From NCBI GenBank assembly GCA_964449215.1, contig CAYVAH010000003.1, positions 32,678 to 49,473 of the forward strand: DNA of 16,796 bases, given 5' to 3'. The position numbers and the translations under genes are program-made. Of the stretch, positions 7,160 to 15,835 are shown piece by piece (within the stretch, counting starts at the first letter, position 1; every line of letters starts with the position of its first letter). Source of the DNA: Candidatus Undinarchaeota archaeon. GTDB lineage: Archaea; SpSt-1190. The notes beneath the pieces were generated by a model, which was given only the letters and a program-made list of their open reading frames with translations, had not been told where the DNA came from and made no database searches.

Positions 7160-8362
7160 TCAAACGAGCTCATCAAGAGCCGCCAGGTAGCTCGGCCTGG
7201 TCACCAGATAGCCCACAGCTATTCCTATCCCAGTGGTGACAGCAAAGCCCCTGACTGCCCCCGCCCCTATCCAGGCAAGGGGAAGCATGGCAGCCATCAT
7301 GGTTCCGAAGGTCGCCATTATGACGAACATCGCCTCCTTGGTTCTCTGCTTTCCACTACCGCCGCGGAGAATTTCATCGGTCATTATTATCTCCTGATCC
7401 ACTCCCGTCCCTATGGCTATGACCAGACCGGCTATCGCACTCAAATCAAGCTCCCAGTTTATGAAACTTGCAACCCCAAGGGTGATTATCAGCTCGCTCA
7501 ACGACATGAAGAGAATCGCCCCCACAACATCAGGGTTGCGGTAACGGGCATAAAGCACAGCCGCCACGAGGGCAGCAGCCACGAGCGCGGCTATGGCAGT
7601 CGTCCTCAAAAATTCTGAACCGAGGATTGGGGACACCCGCTGGATGCTCTCAATCTCCAGTTTTGTGGGTATGGAACCCGTCATCAGTATGGCAGTCATG
7701 CGGTTCAGCCTTTTCACAGCCTCATCTCTTGTCTCGGCCCCGCCAGTGACCTGTGCATTTGGCACCTCCCGGCCCCTCAGGTCAGAGGATATCTGCAGGC
7801 TGTCAATGGGCTGACCGTCTATGAAGAGATCAAGGGTCTTGTCAAGATAGCCGGAACCGGTGGGGAAAAGGGCCTCCGTCGCCTTTGCGAACTTCCTGGC
7901 AGCCTCTGGGGAAAGCATGACCGGGATGCTGTAACTGTAAAAATTCCCCTTCTTCTGGAGCCGAATCCCCGCCTTATCAACCCTAACATCATCACCCGTG
8001 AAAATGGTCACATTGTTTATCTTCCCCTCAAAAAATCCCTCACTTGCCAGAAGGGATTGCACATCCTCCTCGCTCAACCCTGCAGCTTCCACAACCACCA
8101 GGGAGCTCTGCAGGTCACTGGCTCCCCTGACACGTATATCACGCAGACCGTAAACGTTCAGCCGGTTCTGTAGCACGGACGTCACATCCTCAAGGGAAAC
8201 GGACTGGTTGGTCGGGCGGAGTATTATCCTCGATCCTCCCTGAATGTCAAACCCCCAGTGGAGATTGAGACCGGCCCAGGGCCTCAGCTGATAGACAGAT
8301 AGGGCAATCACAATCAACAGGAACATCACCCTCCACTTCCTCAGCAACCTGTCCACATTCAT
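7160..8362 (-). CDS. secD: Protein translocase subunit SecD
   Basis: GFDIQGGSRI, RLNVYGL, VSPILG, LSAIAGLVIAIGTGVDQEII, RGFAVTT..G...TRP; ATG 8362 overlaps the secF stop (ATGA). Confidence 0.95.
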   Translation of the reverse strand: MNVDRLLRKWRVMFLLIVIALSVYQLRPWAGLNLHWGFDIQGGSRIILRPTNQSVSLEDVTSVLQNRLNVYGLRDIRVRGASDLQSSLVVVEAAGLSEEDVQSLLASEGFFEGKINNVTIFTGDDVRVDKAGIRLQKKGNFYSYSIPVMLSPEAARKFAKATEALFPTGSGYLDKTLDLFIDGQPIDSLQISSDLRGREVPNAQVTGGAETRDEAVKRLNRMTAILMTGSIPTKLEIESIQRVSPILGSEFLRTTAIAALVAAALVAAVLYARYRNPDVVGAILFMSLSELIITLGVASFINWELDLSAIAGLVIAIGTGVDQEIIMTDEILRGGSGKQRTKEAMFVIMATFGTMMAAMLPLAWIGAGAVRGFAVTTGIGIAVGYLVTRPSYLAALDELV

Positions 8363-9219
8363 TTTCTCCCCTCCGTGTACCACAGCACCATGCTGAGGCT
8401 CTGGAACCATGTGTTGATTATGTCAAAGAAGGAACCGAGCAACAGGACAATCACCATCTCTTTTATCAGGGGCGAAGCAGATATGAAATAAAGGGCTGAA
8501 AGACTGGCGAATATTGACATGCTCATCGTCATGGCTGTTTTCATCGCCCCAACAGCCCTCCTCTTCGGGTCCCCCTCAATCTCTTTGAGTATCTTCGTGT
8601 CAAAAAGCACCTCACTGTCAACGCTCCACCCCATAAGCATCAGCAGGGCACCTATGGTATGCGGAGCAAGCTTCACCCCGAGGAGAGTCATATACGCGGC
8701 CGCCTCAAAGACATTCAGGAAACCGGAAAGAATCACCGTAAAAGCAACTATGGGCTGCCGGAATATCAGGGCAAGAATAACACCCATCAACAAAAATGCC
8801 CACACCACCGAACGGGTGGCACCCCTCATAAAGCTCTCGCCCATCGCCGGGCCGACGGACTTCATGTCGTATTCCTTCCCGGGAAAGCTGGAATTGACAA
8901 GAAGAGCCACCTCCTGGGGTGAAAACCCCGGACCCGCCTCAATGGACACCGCAATCAACTCCCCTGTCTCATATGAATGAATTTCCCTGAAACTGAAACC
9001 CCTCGACTCGAACCTTTCCTTCACCCCCTCCGGAACCACAGAGGTGTAAACAGAAACAACGGTTCCACCGCTCAGGTCAATATCCTTGGGAAAGAACTCC
9101 CCGGCAGCCTGCCAGTTGTTGTAGAATATGAACGCCGCCGAGAGGAAAACAATGGCGGGAATCAGAATCAGGGCGCGGTAATTCTTTGAATACCATGCGT
9201 AGAACCTCTCGTAGAGCAC
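8359..9219 (-). CDS. secF: Protein translocase subunit SecF
   Basis: DIDLSGGT, VGPAMG, IFRQP, IGALLMLMGWSVDS, DIINTW; GGAGG SD before the GTG start; upstream of secD. Confidence 0.93.
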   Translation of the reverse strand: MLYERFYAWYSKNYRALILIPAIVFLSAAFIFYNNWQAAGEFFPKDIDLSGGTVVSVYTSVVPEGVKERFESRGFSFREIHSYETGELIAVSIEAGPGFSPQEVALLVNSSFPGKEYDMKSVGPAMGESFMRGATRSVVWAFLLMGVILALIFRQPIVAFTVILSGFLNVFEAAAYMTLLGVKLAPHTIGALLMLMGWSVDSEVLFDTKILKEIEGDPKRRAVGAMKTAMTMSMSIFASLSALYFISASPLIKEMVIVLLLGSFFDIINTWFQSLSMVLWYTEGRK

Positions 9220-9308
9220 AAGCCAACCTCCCGCGGTTATTTAAAATGAGTTCTTTACTACTGGTAAGTTGTTAGTATAAGATATTTACGGAGGCACCGG
9301 GTATTTTC

Positions 9309-9623
9309 ATGGCTCACCCACTGGTAGTGCTGTTGCTGGTGGTCCTCGGGTTCTTTCTGGGAAATATACTCGTAGGACTGGCAAAGAAGGCAGAGGAAAC
9401 AGAACTCGGTGAGGGGCCATTTGATAATTTATACGCCCTGCTGGTTGGTTCTTTCTACTTCTCCACCTTGTTCTCGATTCCTCTCTCCGGAAACATCCCC
9501 CTCTTCGTGCTCACAGCCGCAATATTGCTCTACACGCTTTACGGTCGCTTCGCGGCAGAAAAACTGAAGCCGCTGAAGCCCGAAGACAGGGTGGTAACAA
9601 AGTGGTTCTCGGGATATCCTTGA
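9309..9623 (+). CDS. Small hypothetical membrane protein
   Basis: 104 aa with about 3 TM segments; GGAGG upstream; stop overlaps the next gene. Confidence 0.7.
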   Translation: MAHPLVVLLLVVLGFFLGNILVGLAKKAEETELGEGPFDNLYALLVGSFYFSTLFSIPLSGNIPLFVLTAAILLYTLYGRFAAEKLKPLKPEDRVVTKWFSGYP

Positions 9624-10897
9624 AAAAAGTAGCTGCTCGGATAAGCCAGCTCGAAAACCCCGTTGTGGTGTGTCACCTGGACGCAGATGGGCTCACGAGC
9701 GGAGGCATAATCTACAAGAGCCTGAAGCTTCTGGGAAAGGATCCCAAGATTATCCCCCTCAGGCAGCTCGACAGAACCACCTATGATGAGGTTCCCTGGG
9801 ATGCGGAGCTCATATTCGTTGACATGGGCTCCGGGCAGATAGAATGGACTGAAAACCACGTGATAATAGACCATCACCAGCCCATCCGGGAAACAGCCTG
9901 GCAGCTTAATGCCCACTATCTCGGCATGGACGGCTCAAGGGACATAAGTGCCTCGGGACTCGCCTACCTCGTTTCGAGGGAGCTCATTGGACAGAGTGAG
10001 CTTGCCGGACCCGCCGTTGTGGGCATGATGGGAGACCGAATAAGGACACCCCTCTCAGGGCATGCAAGGGCCCCCCTGGAAACCCCCTGGGTGAAGGCTG
10101 AAAAGGGTCTCACCTACTTCGGCAGGGAAACCCGCCCCCTCCCGGTTATGCTCCAGTATGCCAGCGATCCCTTCATTCCAGGAATAAGCGGTGAACTCAG
10201 TGAGTGCTACAGATTTGTGAAGGAACTCGGGCTCGACGAGACAAAGACATACCACCAGCTCAGCAGGAAGGAAAGGACCCTTCTAAATGATGCCCTCATA
10301 AAACATGCCTCCAGGGAAGGTGTCATGGTTCACAGAATGCTCGGGGAGTATTATGTGCTCCCCCAGATGCCGGAGGGAACGGAAATGAGGGACGCCTCGG
10401 AATTCTCCACACTGCTCAACGCCTGTGGAAGGCATGAGCGCCCGGACATCGGACTGGGACTCGTAACAGGCGAGGACGTGTATGATGAAGCAAAGAAACT
10501 CCTCCGGATACACCGCAGGATGCTGAGCAGGGGAATAGAGGAGCTCTATGTGAAGGGGACTGAAAACTACAGGAATTTCCAGCTGTTCCGGGGAGACACA
10601 GTCAAACCAACAATAGTCGGGATTGTTGCGGGCATAGCCATATCCTCGCGCATAGTGGACCACCGCAAGCCAATAGTGGCTGTGAGCAGGGAGGAGGAGG
10701 GGTGGAAGGTCAGCGGCAGGGCAACCCTGGAACTGGTGGAGAGAGGTGTAAATGTGGGAAAGGCGATGCAAGAGGCCTCGGAGGGGCTTGGCGAGGGCGG
10801 TGGCCATGACATAGCTGCCGGAGCGTTTGTTCCGGGGGGAGAACTGCAAAAATTCTTAAACCGGCTTGACGCCTCCTTCGGGAGGCAGTTAAAATGA
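9602..10897 (+). CDS. DHH/DHHA1 RecJ-like nuclease (archaeal GAN/Cdc45-type)
   Basis: HLDADG, DMGS, DHH, GDR, GRETRPL, LLNACGR and GGGHDIAAGA motifs; start GTG 9602 or TTG 9620. Confidence 0.93.
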   Translation: MVLGISLKKVAARISQLENPVVVCHLDADGLTSGGIIYKSLKLLGKDPKIIPLRQLDRTTYDEVPWDAELIFVDMGSGQIEWTENHVIIDHHQPIRETAWQLNAHYLGMDGSRDISASGLAYLVSRELIGQSELAGPAVVGMMGDRIRTPLSGHARAPLETPWVKAEKGLTYFGRETRPLPVMLQYASDPFIPGISGELSECYRFVKELGLDETKTYHQLSRKERTLLNDALIKHASREGVMVHRMLGEYYVLPQMPEGTEMRDASEFSTLLNACGRHERPDIGLGLVTGEDVYDEAKKLLRIHRRMLSRGIEELYVKGTENYRNFQLFRGDTVKPTIVGIVAGIAISSRIVDHRKPIVAVSREEEGWKVSGRATLELVERGVNVGKAMQEASEGLGEGGGHDIAAGAFVPGGELQKFLNRLDASFGRQLK

Positions 10898-11865
10898 CGG
10901 GATACGAGGCTTTTATTGACTATGTGAAAAAATGGAAGCCCACAATAGATGCAGCAATAATGGGCAGCTTTGAGCCCTGGAGAAAGGATGGACTCCTGGA
11001 GCTCCACGAGTGGGCAAAGTCATACTTCCTTGCTGGAGGGAAGAGACTCCGACCGGCACTTGTGCTGCTGGGAGCCAAAGAAGCGGGTGGCAATGAGGAG
11101 GACGTGGTGAAGCTGGCAGCGGCTGTGGAAATACTCCACAACTTCACCCTGATACATGATGATATAATGGACAAATCGGACTACCGACGTGGAAAACCGA
11201 CACTCTACAAGGTGGCGGGAATCGACCTGGCAATAAATGTGGGTGATGCCCTCTTCTCCAAGGCCTTCAGTCTGGCCGCAGACTATGGAGGAGCTGTCGC
11301 CAAAAAATTCGCCGACACAACCACCATAATCGTCGAAGGTCAGGACATGGATGTCCGGTGGTCCCACAAGCACGGGTGGCTTCCCTCGGAAGACGAATAT
11401 GTTGAAATGGTGCGCCGAAAGACCAGTGTGCTTCTGGGCTCTTCACTCGAGCTCGGTTTCATGGCCGTCACGGGGAAGGAAAACCCGGCTCTGAACAGGT
11501 ATGGTGAGGCACTCGGTGTAGCTTTCCAGATTATAGACGACATTCTGGGGATATTCGGCGACCCGAAGAAAATGGGTAAGGACGCCGACAAGGACATACA
11601 GGAGGGGAAAAGGAGCCTGCCAATCCTGTGGGCAATAAAGAAGCACTCCGAAGGGAAGAAGATGCTGCAGGTGCTGGACAAAGACACCAAGACACCGGAG
11701 GACATTGAATGGGTAAAACGGGTCGTTAGGGAAAGTGGGGCTGTGGAGTATTGCATGAAGCGTGCGAGGGAATGGGTGGACAAAGCCAGCTACCCGTTCA
11801 AAGACAAAGAGGTTGAGAAATACCTCGAGGGGTTCAAAATGTTCATCATTGAAAGGGAATTCTGA
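10894..11865 (+). CDS. idsA: Short-chain polyprenyl diphosphate (GGPP) synthase
   Basis: GGKRLRP, FARM FTLIHDDIMD..RRG with aromatic residue at -5, GQDMD, KT, second motif FQIIDDILG, D..EGK. Confidence 0.93.
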   Translation: MTGYEAFIDYVKKWKPTIDAAIMGSFEPWRKDGLLELHEWAKSYFLAGGKRLRPALVLLGAKEAGGNEEDVVKLAAAVEILHNFTLIHDDIMDKSDYRRGKPTLYKVAGIDLAINVGDALFSKAFSLAADYGGAVAKKFADTTTIIVEGQDMDVRWSHKHGWLPSEDEYVEMVRRKTSVLLGSSLELGFMAVTGKENPALNRYGEALGVAFQIIDDILGIFGDPKKMGKDADKDIQEGKRSLPILWAIKKHSEGKKMLQVLDKDTKTPEDIEWVKRVVRESGAVEYCMKRAREWVDKASYPFKDKEVEKYLEGFKMFIIEREF

Positions 11866-11902
11866 CCCTCAATTTTTTTAATTTTGGAGTTGATACTTCT
11901 CC

Positions 11903-12142
11903 ATGGACAGGGATTCAAAATACAAGGACATGAAATATTCCCTCGAGGAACTGGGGCTCGAGGTTGTTTCCATAGAGAAAATTGACAACGGAACCTACAG
12001 ACAACCTCCGATTACCGTAACAGTCAGATGCGACAACCATGACCTGGCAGGCAGGTACACCCCGGACGGTAGAAGCACCGGGGACATTATGGACGAGTAT
12101 GGTATAACTACTCTGCGAGTCGAAAAACAATCATCCCAGTAG
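11903..12142 (+). CDS. Small hypothetical protein (79 aa)
   Basis: ATG about 25 nt after a TTTTTTAA TATA-like box; fills the gap between idsA and NYN; no recognisable motif. Confidence 0.55.
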   Translation: MDRDSKYKDMKYSLEELGLEVVSIEKIDNGTYRQPPITVTVRCDNHDLAGRYTPDGRSTGDIMDEYGITTLRVEKQSSQ

Positions 12143-12685
12143 AGACTTCTTGATTTCAACCCTTTTATCGCATACGTTGACAAGGCTCCAGTTAACAGAA
12201 GAAGGATGATAAAAAATACACACCTCGATACCCTCATCCTTAATTGCTTCAACAACAGGGATAAAATCGGAATCACCAGTCACAAATGCAACCTTATGGA
12301 TTTTTCCTTTCAAGCTCAGTTTCAGAGCATCAATAGCAAGTTTAACATCAACGCCTTTCTGTTCAAATTTGACATTTCCTTCCTCATCATAATACCTGCG
12401 GACTCTCCCAAGACGTACCTCCATCCTGTCAACACCGTCCAAAAACTGTAAAAAGCGATCAAAAGCACTTTTTCTCCGCCTTTCATCCTCAGTTGGGGGT
12501 TTACTCTGAAAAGGCTTAGCGTGGTAATAATATGTCCTGAACAGTACCCCACCACATTCCCTAGCAATATTCTCCCCCAACCTCCTGTAGTTCACTCTGA
12601 ATGGCCTGGACCGACTGCCAAACGAGGTTTTGCATAAATGGTTTAAGTAGCCTCCGTCCACAAACACCGCCACTTTGTCTTCCAC
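12131..12685 (-). CDS. NYN domain (LabA/DUF88, PIN-like) ribonuclease
   Basis: VFVDGGYL, EQKGVDVKLAID, VTGDSDFIPVVE motifs. Confidence 0.93.
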   Translation of the reverse strand: MEDKVAVFVDGGYLNHLCKTSFGSRSRPFRVNYRRLGENIARECGGVLFRTYYYHAKPFQSKPPTEDERRRKSAFDRFLQFLDGVDRMEVRLGRVRRYYDEEGNVKFEQKGVDVKLAIDALKLSLKGKIHKVAFVTGDSDFIPVVEAIKDEGIEVCIFYHPSSVNWSLVNVCDKRVEIKKSLLG

Positions 12686-12776
12686 GACAAAAAGACAACA
12701 AAATGATTATATTTTTTGCCCCAAAAGTGCCACAAAAGTTTTATAATAATTGGAACACCTTACTAATGTTATGCCC

Positions 12777-12802
12777 CCTGGTGTTCCTGCGGGGACACCA
12801 GG
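12777..12802. other. Strong GC-rich hairpin between rnpB and NYN (possible terminator or processing signal)
   Basis: CCTGGTGTTCC-TGCG-GGGACACCAGG: 11-bp stem with one G-U on the plus strand. Confidence 0.55.
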
Positions 12803-12841
12803 TTGTAATACCTTCTCAATTTCTTAATCATTATGGAGAAT

Positions 12842-13096
12842 GGGTGCCGGTGGTAGGCCCCCTTCTGTTTCCCCATCAGGGTTAGCGGCATCCATCTAAG
12901 CGGCACGTAGCCTTGCACCCAGCCGGGCGGAGACCGTTTCATCCCTCGTGCCTTCGTCCTTCGCTTTCGCACATCCGTCCAGCACTCGGGTATCGTTTCT
13001 GTTTCCCCGCCAGGGGCTCTCGCCCCTCCGGCCTTTGCGGGTGGGGGGACCTTCCTCGCTCCCCTTTCGGGCTCGGCTGCCGCCCCACCGGCTCCC
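12842..13096 (-). ncRNA. rnpB: RNase P RNA, type-M-like architecture
   Basis: Minus strand shows CR-I GAGGAAGGUCCCCCCAC, CR-II ACAGAAAC, CR-III UGAAACGG, GGGUGCAAG, CR-IV GCUUAGAUGGAUG, CR-V ACAGAAGGGGGCCUAC; P1 GGGAGCCGGUGG / CCACCGGCACCC. Confidence 0.96.
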
Positions 13097-13100
13097 AGAA

Positions 13101-13619
13101 CTACTTCCGTTTCTTCTTCTTTTTATATTTTCGCCTGCCAAACTTCACTCCAAACTTTATCTTTGTGACCCCAACAGACCACGTCCACAGGAAGAGTATC
13201 AGAGCCACAGACAAATACTGGAAAGCGGGATGGTAATAATTGAACCCCCCGCTAAAAAGGACAAGGAAGTCAAGGCGGATGAGGTTGTAGAGGAGAATGA
13301 CAATCATACTGAACAGAGCCTTCCAGTAATCCTTCTTTTTTGGCCATGAAAGAAAAAGGGCAAGGAACACCGCCAGCTCTTTCCACGCGGTGCAGTCAGT
13401 AACTATCTGCAGCTTGAAATCCCCCCTGCTGAGAAAGACCCCGTCCATAGCAGAAACTATAAGCTTCGAACCGGTGGTGTATGAAACAAGGGTCGCCGTG
13501 AAAAGCTTGAGGAAATCGAAGCTTGGAGAGAGCGACCACAGGCCGTAAAAGAGGAGCCCAAAAGCAAGAAGCCGGAGCGTGAACTCGAGCTTGAGGCGGT
13601 ATTTCTTCGGGAGTTTCAT
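13101..13619 (-). CDS. Exosortase/archaeosortase family protein
   Basis: Membrane protein with the catalytic pattern IVTDCTAWK (Cys), NLIRL (Arg) and YHP (His). Confidence 0.85.
   Translation of the reverse strand: MKLPKKYRLKLEFTLRLLAFGLLFYGLWSLSPSFDFLKLFTATLVSYTTGSKLIVSAMDGVFLSRGDFKLQIVTDCTAWKELAVFLALFLSWPKKKDYWKALFSMIVILLYNLIRLDFLVLFSGGFNYYHPAFQYLSVALILFLWTWSVGVTKIKFGVKFGRRKYKKKKKRK
13119..13136 (-). promoter_or_regulatory. Putative BRE-TATA promoter of rnpB inside the archaeosortase 3' end
   Basis: GGCGAAAATATAAAAAG located about 25-30 nt upstream of the RNA 5' end. Confidence 0.6.
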
Positions 13620-14389
13620 TTTCGAAACCTCTTCTTGTATTCCTCCATCATCCTGATTATGCGCTGCCTTATATCCTCTTTCACTGGCGCTTCCGCCTTC
13701 TTCAACCTTTTCAGTTCCGCCTCAATCCTTCCTATGCGGGCGTGGGCCTCCAGCAGCTCCAGTTCGAGGCGCTCACGGGCCGCCCTCTCCTCCTCAGCAC
13801 CCACGGGAATTGGCTTCAGGACCGTCCTCTTCTCCCCCTTCAGCCTCTTGACCTCTCTCTCCCTCTCCGCGAGAAGATGCTCCGCAACCTCCAGCTTCCT
13901 TTCGAGGTCCCTGACCCTGGACTCGAGAGCAAAATCCCTCTTCCTTCTCGGTGGGGGAGAGCCCTCCGGGAGCTTCAGAGCACCGGAAAGATTCGCCAGC
14001 TCCTCCTTCACCAGTTTCAGGAATATCTCCCTCTCCCTGTCAAACAGCTTCTTTATCAGCTTCCCGTAGTGCTTGTATGCATTGAGTGCTGCAGCCAGCG
14101 CATCCCTTTCGTGGCTATTCCCGGGGTGGTATCCCCGAACAAGAGCAGATTTCTCACGAACCGTCAGGTCTTTCTTGGGAAAAAACGCCACGGCACCGAA
14201 TGCCGAGGCAAGGCGACGGACAGATTCAGAATCATGCCTGTCGGACGCCACAATTGAAGGCTTAAAACCCCTGAGGAGCTTCACAGCCTCCATGAGTCCT
14301 CCTTTGAAGCTCTTTACAAGCACCGGGTTCTTCCTGAAATCCAGAACCGCCAGAGCCGAAGTGGTTCCCGGGTCGAAGCCCACTATCAC
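13616..14389 (-). CDS. DUF460 family protein (RNase H-like fold plus coiled coil), short form
   Basis: IVGFDPGTT, IVASD, DLTVREK and NSHERDALAAALNAY motifs, followed by a long E/R/K coiled coil. Confidence 0.88.
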   Translation of the reverse strand: MIVGFDPGTTSALAVLDFRKNPVLVKSFKGGLMEAVKLLRGFKPSIVASDRHDSESVRRLASAFGAVAFFPKKDLTVREKSALVRGYHPGNSHERDALAAALNAYKHYGKLIKKLFDREREIFLKLVKEELANLSGALKLPEGSPPPRRKRDFALESRVRDLERKLEVAEHLLAEREREVKRLKGEKRTVLKPIPVGAEEERAARERLELELLEAHARIGRIEAELKRLKKAEAPVKEDIRQRIIRMMEEYKKRFRK

Positions 14390-14435
14390 TGAAATAACGG
14401 AGATAGCCTTTTAAGTATATAGCGGAGAATAATCC

Positions 14436-15098
14436 GTGAGGATAGGAACTTGCGGTTGGAGTTATCTGCCAAAAAAGTACGTCAGCCCGGGGGAGAGCAG
14501 GCTGGTAGCGTACGCCAAAATTTTCAATGTGGCGGAAATAAATTCGACATTTTACCGGCTGCCAAAGACCAGCACCGCCCGTGCGTGGAGGAAGGAAGTT
14601 GATGAGGTCAACCCTGACTTTGAGTTCACCGTGAAGGTTCCGAAGCTCATCACCCACGTGAGTAACTTCTCGGACACAAAGACCTGGGAAAAAATCAAGG
14701 CGATAGGGGAAGCCCTGGACGCCAAAGTCATGGTCTTTCAGACACCCAAGAGCTTTGGGGAAACACAGGACAACATCAAAAGGATGAAGGAATTTTTCAA
14801 GACCGCCAAGGGCTTCAAGTTCGCCCTTGAACCAAGGGGATGGAGCCGGGAAACAATAGAAAAACTCTTCCCCAAGCTCGGGCTGATCCACATAGTTGAC
14901 CCGTTCAAGGAAAACCCCGTGAAACAAAAGTTCAATTACTACCGCCTCCACGGCAGGGGTAACATAATGTACCGCTACAGGTTTAAGGACGAGGACCTCC
15001 AGTTCCTCAAGAAAAGGCTCGTGCGGGGGGATTATCTGCTCTTCAACAACATTTTCATGTATGACGACGCAATGAGGATGATGGAGCTGGTCAAGTGA
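14436..15098 (+). CDS. DUF72 family protein
   Basis: IGTCGWSY, EINSTFY.LP, FTVKVPKLITH, QTPKSF, LEPRGW, YYRLHG, FNN. Confidence 0.95.
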   Translation: MRIGTCGWSYLPKKYVSPGESRLVAYAKIFNVAEINSTFYRLPKTSTARAWRKEVDEVNPDFEFTVKVPKLITHVSNFSDTKTWEKIKAIGEALDAKVMVFQTPKSFGETQDNIKRMKEFFKTAKGFKFALEPRGWSRETIEKLFPKLGLIHIVDPFKENPVKQKFNYYRLHGRGNIMYRYRFKDEDLQFLKKRLVRGDYLLFNNIFMYDDAMRMMELVK

Positions 15099-15835
15099 TA
15101 TTCCTCAAGATTGGTGGATCGGTCATAACCCACAAGAGCAGGCCCTTCACTGTGAACTGGACCGGGATAAACACGGCAGTCCAGGGAATAAAAGAAATAG
15201 AGGGACCACTCCTTGTCGGGCATGGAGGCGGGAGCTTCGGGCACTTCGTGGCCAGGGAATATGAGGGCATGCCGCAGGCATTTACAAAAATCCGCGAGGC
15301 AATGGCCAAGCTGAACCAGATATTTGTTTCAAGCCTTGTGGCGAAGGGTGTGCCGGCCGTGGGCTTCACACCCAGCAACTTCATGATTGCCAAGGGGGGA
15401 AAGGTAAAGCTCTTCCACGAGCCTTTGCTGGAAGCCTCGAAGGAGCATGTGCCGGTTGTCCACGGTGACGCCATTCTGGACCGCGAGAGGGGCTATGTGA
15501 TATTTTCAACTGAACGGGTGTTCCTCGAGCTGGCCAAGTTCATCAAGCCGCGGAGGGTCTTGCTGGCCAGTGATGGACCTGTGATGTCGGATGGGGAGCC
15601 CGTGAAGGAAGTGGCAGACTGGAACTTCCGGGATGTGCTGGAAGGGTTGACACCTCCAAAGCATACGGATGTGACGGGAGGAATGCGCGGGAAGCTGCTT
15701 GAAGCCGCCAGAATCTCGGCAAAACATGGTGCAGAGGTCTACATATTCGACGGTTCTGTTCCCGGAGCCATAAAGCGTGCCTGGAAATTCGGCGAGGGAA
15801 CACGCGTGAGAGTAACAAGAGTACCCTCACTGTAA
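15095..15835 (+). CDS. ipk: Isopentenyl phosphate kinase (amino acid kinase family)
   Basis: LKIGGSVITHK, HGGGSFGH with the IPK-specific His, PVVHGD, DVTGGMRGK. Confidence 0.92.
   Translation: MIFLKIGGSVITHKSRPFTVNWTGINTAVQGIKEIEGPLLVGHGGGSFGHFVAREYEGMPQAFTKIREAMAKLNQIFVSSLVAKGVPAVGFTPSNFMIAKGGKVKLFHEPLLEASKEHVPVVHGDAILDRERGYVIFSTERVFLELAKFIKPRRVLLASDGPVMSDGEPVKEVADWNFRDVLEGLTPPKHTDVTGGMRGKLLEAARISAKHGAEVYIFDGSVPGAIKRAWKFGEGTRVRVTRVPSL

Noticed and set aside
12131..12685. NYN protein as protein-only RNase P (HARP/PRORP)
   Set aside because: Its motifs are those of LabA/DUF88, not HARP, and an RNA-based RNase P is present.
11903..12685. Type II toxin-antitoxin pair (79-aa ORF plus NYN)
   Set aside because: The genes are convergent rather than operonic, and the small ORF shows no antitoxin fold.
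12601..13349. Short ORFs over this region (12601-12885, 12769-12972, 12896-13141, 12913-13236, 12948-13349)
   Set aside because: Shadow ORFs caused by the GC-rich rnpB and neighbouring genes; no protein motifs.
14262..14951. 229-aa antisense ORF and other long antisense ORFs in the track
   Set aside because: They overlap well-supported genes on the opposite strand and have no recognisable motifs.
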